Shown in pieces: positions 61,720 to 64,000 of a stretch of DNA of 64,000 nt; the stretch's first letter is position 1; each line of letters starts with the position of its first letter. The translations under genes were made by a program, and so were the position numbers. The DNA comes from Callorhinchus milii (lineage: Eukaryota), in contig NW_024704742.1 of the NCBI RefSeq assembly GCF_018977255.1, positions 20,090,001 through 20,154,000 on the forward strand, written 5' to 3'. Below the pieces are notes generated by a model, which made no database searches, was not told where the DNA came from, and worked only from the letters and a program-made list of their open reading frames with translations.

Positions 61720-61910
61720 GTTTTTACAGCCCAGAAGACCATTTGATCCATTGTGTCTGTGCTGGGTCTTTTAAATAGCAATCCTTTCAGTACTATTTAT
61801 CTGCTCTTTCCCTCATACTCCTGTAGTATAGCATTCTGAGATATGTATCAAGTTCCCCTTTGACAACTAATATGGATTCTGCTTCAAGCACCACTGGCAG
61901 GGCTTTCCAT
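61720..61910 (-). mobile_element. Degenerate CR1 3' end
   Basis: ACAGCCCAGAAGACCATTTGATCCATTGTGTCTGTGCTGG..CTGCTCTTTCCCTCATACTCC. Confidence 0.6.
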
Positions 61911-63684
61911 AACCTTGCATTTCTTGTAATTTGAATGCATTGGTGTCAGGACCCACATTGACGAATGTTTACATTTTCGTCCGTTGGTTTGCTCTGCGTT
62001 AAAGGAGATGCTTCATTTGGTTTAATTCTGATGAAGATCATGGCAGTCAGCACAATCTGCCACTTGCATCAGTTAGGATTGAAGAGCGCACTGCAGTCTG
62101 TTTACCTTTGATCGCTTTTTCACAAGCCACCTTGACATTAAACACAACAGAATACAGTTTACAGTTTGCTTGGTAAACTGACAAGATAAGAAAGAAAAGG
62201 CATCTAGAGCATGAATACATTAAACATCAAAGTGTAGCGAAAAAGTATTGTTGAAAAAATATACCCGCAGTAGAGTACATGTCCAGGACTCCAATACAAC
62301 ACAATTTACATATTGCCTTTCACATTGGGAGGATGTCTTAAAGGGTTTCACTGTGCTGCATGGGTAGCCAAGCTGGGAGTGGGAGCCGACGTGTGTGGGG
62401 ATTGTTGAGCTAAACAGGTTGGTCATCCATCAACATTGGTTTTGAATACTAAGGACCGGCCTGACTTTGTCAAGCATTCCTCCTCAGAGATAATTCAGTG
62501 GCATGGAAGATGTTCTTATTCTGAATGTAGCGCATTCACATTTAAATACCATTAGAGGCCAAAACTTCCACAAAACCTTAGCCTGCAAAAATTAATTTCG
62601 AAAAATTCTTAATATCAGACTTTTAGAAGTCAATGTTCTGAAATTCTTGAAAACAGCCAGATTCCGAATTAAGACTTTTAATTTTTTTTAGAAATTCTGC
62701 AAGCATTTTGCTTACATTGGAGAGAAGAGAATTGGAGAGGTTCGAGAGAGAGGGATTGCGGTGGTTGAAAGTTTATGTGGGGGTGCGGTATAAACACCAG
62801 CATGGACTTATTGGGCTGAATGACATGTTTCGGGGCTATAGATTCTATGTGTCTAATTCTGTGTATGTTAACTAGAAATGAAAACAATATTATTTTAGAG
62901 GCAAAGACTATGTGGGATTTCAGGTATGTTCACATTTCTGTACGCCTTTTCTTTGTTGCAGCCCCTGTAATGCATTAAAATGCCACATTGTGTTGAGAAC
63001 AAGCAGAAACATTCCACGAGAGGTAAATGTGACTGTGGCAAATCATATTAGAGAAATGGGTTTTGAAAAATGTAACATTTCCACTGTAGATAAAAACTTT
63101 TGCTGTGCCATTGCCAACAGGCAAAAGTGAGAATTAAACAAGATGGGAAGGCTGCACATTGATATCCCCTGTTTCAAGAGGTTCACTGATGCATTTGTAT
63201 TTGAACACATCCCCTAGCCCTTTATGAATAGTTTATATGCCGTAGTGTTGAAAAATTAGGTTGGAATAGACCTACAAAGAAATCTACATTTCTAAAAATA
63301 CATAATGGTAAATATGAACTTTGTGATCTATGATGTGTTAAATATTGCTGATGATTATCCATCATTGATAAATGTGATTAAGAAGGAAGTCCATTAGCTC
63401 CAGGTGTGAGACCTCCACAAACTCCATCACAGCACAGGTCACAATTTTTACCCCCTAGATTTGGGGATAAGACGATAAATTGCATGGATGACGACTTTAA
63501 CTACTGATACTTGAAGCATTTGGTTTTGGTGAGTTGCCAGAGAAAAAGTTAGACTAGTGCAAGTACAAGTCATAGAGAGATGCATATACTGATATCTTCA
63601 TCATCATTATAGATCCCCTTTAGAGTCATGAATGGGTACCAACAGAAAATTTAGCTGTGTAACTCCAGATACCTTATTTTACAT

Positions 63685-63845
63685 TCATTTCATGGCTGTT
63701 TATTGGGTCATAGCTGTTCGAAAATTTACTGCTGCATTTGCCTCCAAAATTACAGTCCTTTATTATATATTCTGTGAAGCATTTTGAGACATCCTACTAA
63801 CATGAAAGGTTCTATACCCAATGTAAGGATTGTGATTATTATTAT
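63685..63845 (+). mobile_element. Deu-domain SINE 3' part
   Basis: CATGGCTGTTTATTGGG...CTGCTGCATTTGCC...CTGTGAAGCATTTTGAGACATCC...GTAAGGATT. Confidence 0.7.
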
Positions 63846-64000
63846 CAGTTGACCGTTTTATGTACATCTATTGTGTTTGTATTTGAACTCCTTCTACTCA
63901 TAACCCAGTGGTTAATGTAATTAATGTGCACACTCTTCACATTTTTTTTATTCTCCTTACAAGTAGCACGACCTGGAATTTAATGATGTTTCATTTGTTC

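Overview
Eukaryotic, AT-rich, repeat-dense non-coding DNA. The repeat content points to a cartilaginous fish, probably a chimaera or elephant-shark relative: CR1 and L2 LINE fragments, Deu-domain tRNA-SINEs with L2-type tails, an AmnSINE2-like relic and Penelope-type hairpin ends. No host protein-coding exon, tRNA, rRNA or miRNA is recognisable. The ORFs that look like protein are LINE ORF2 remnants; the rest are microsatellite or chance ORFs. The window reads like part of a very long intron or a gene desert. Main observations: (1) a textbook recursive-splice-site motif (polyY-CAG|GTAAGT) on the minus strand at 23147-23174; (2) a ~2.9-kb TIR/8-bp-TSD DNA transposon carrying a TG microsatellite, inserted in a CR1 and itself hit by a CR1 and an L2; (3) a Penelope-type fold-back insertion with a 16-bp TSD and a minimal hammerhead-ribozyme core; (4) local inverted duplications beside retro-insertions; (5) a solo LTR inside a SINE; (6) visible modular evolution of the SINEs. 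Family names come from recalled consensus sequences, not a database search, and most boundaries are approximate unless TSDs or TIRs are quoted.
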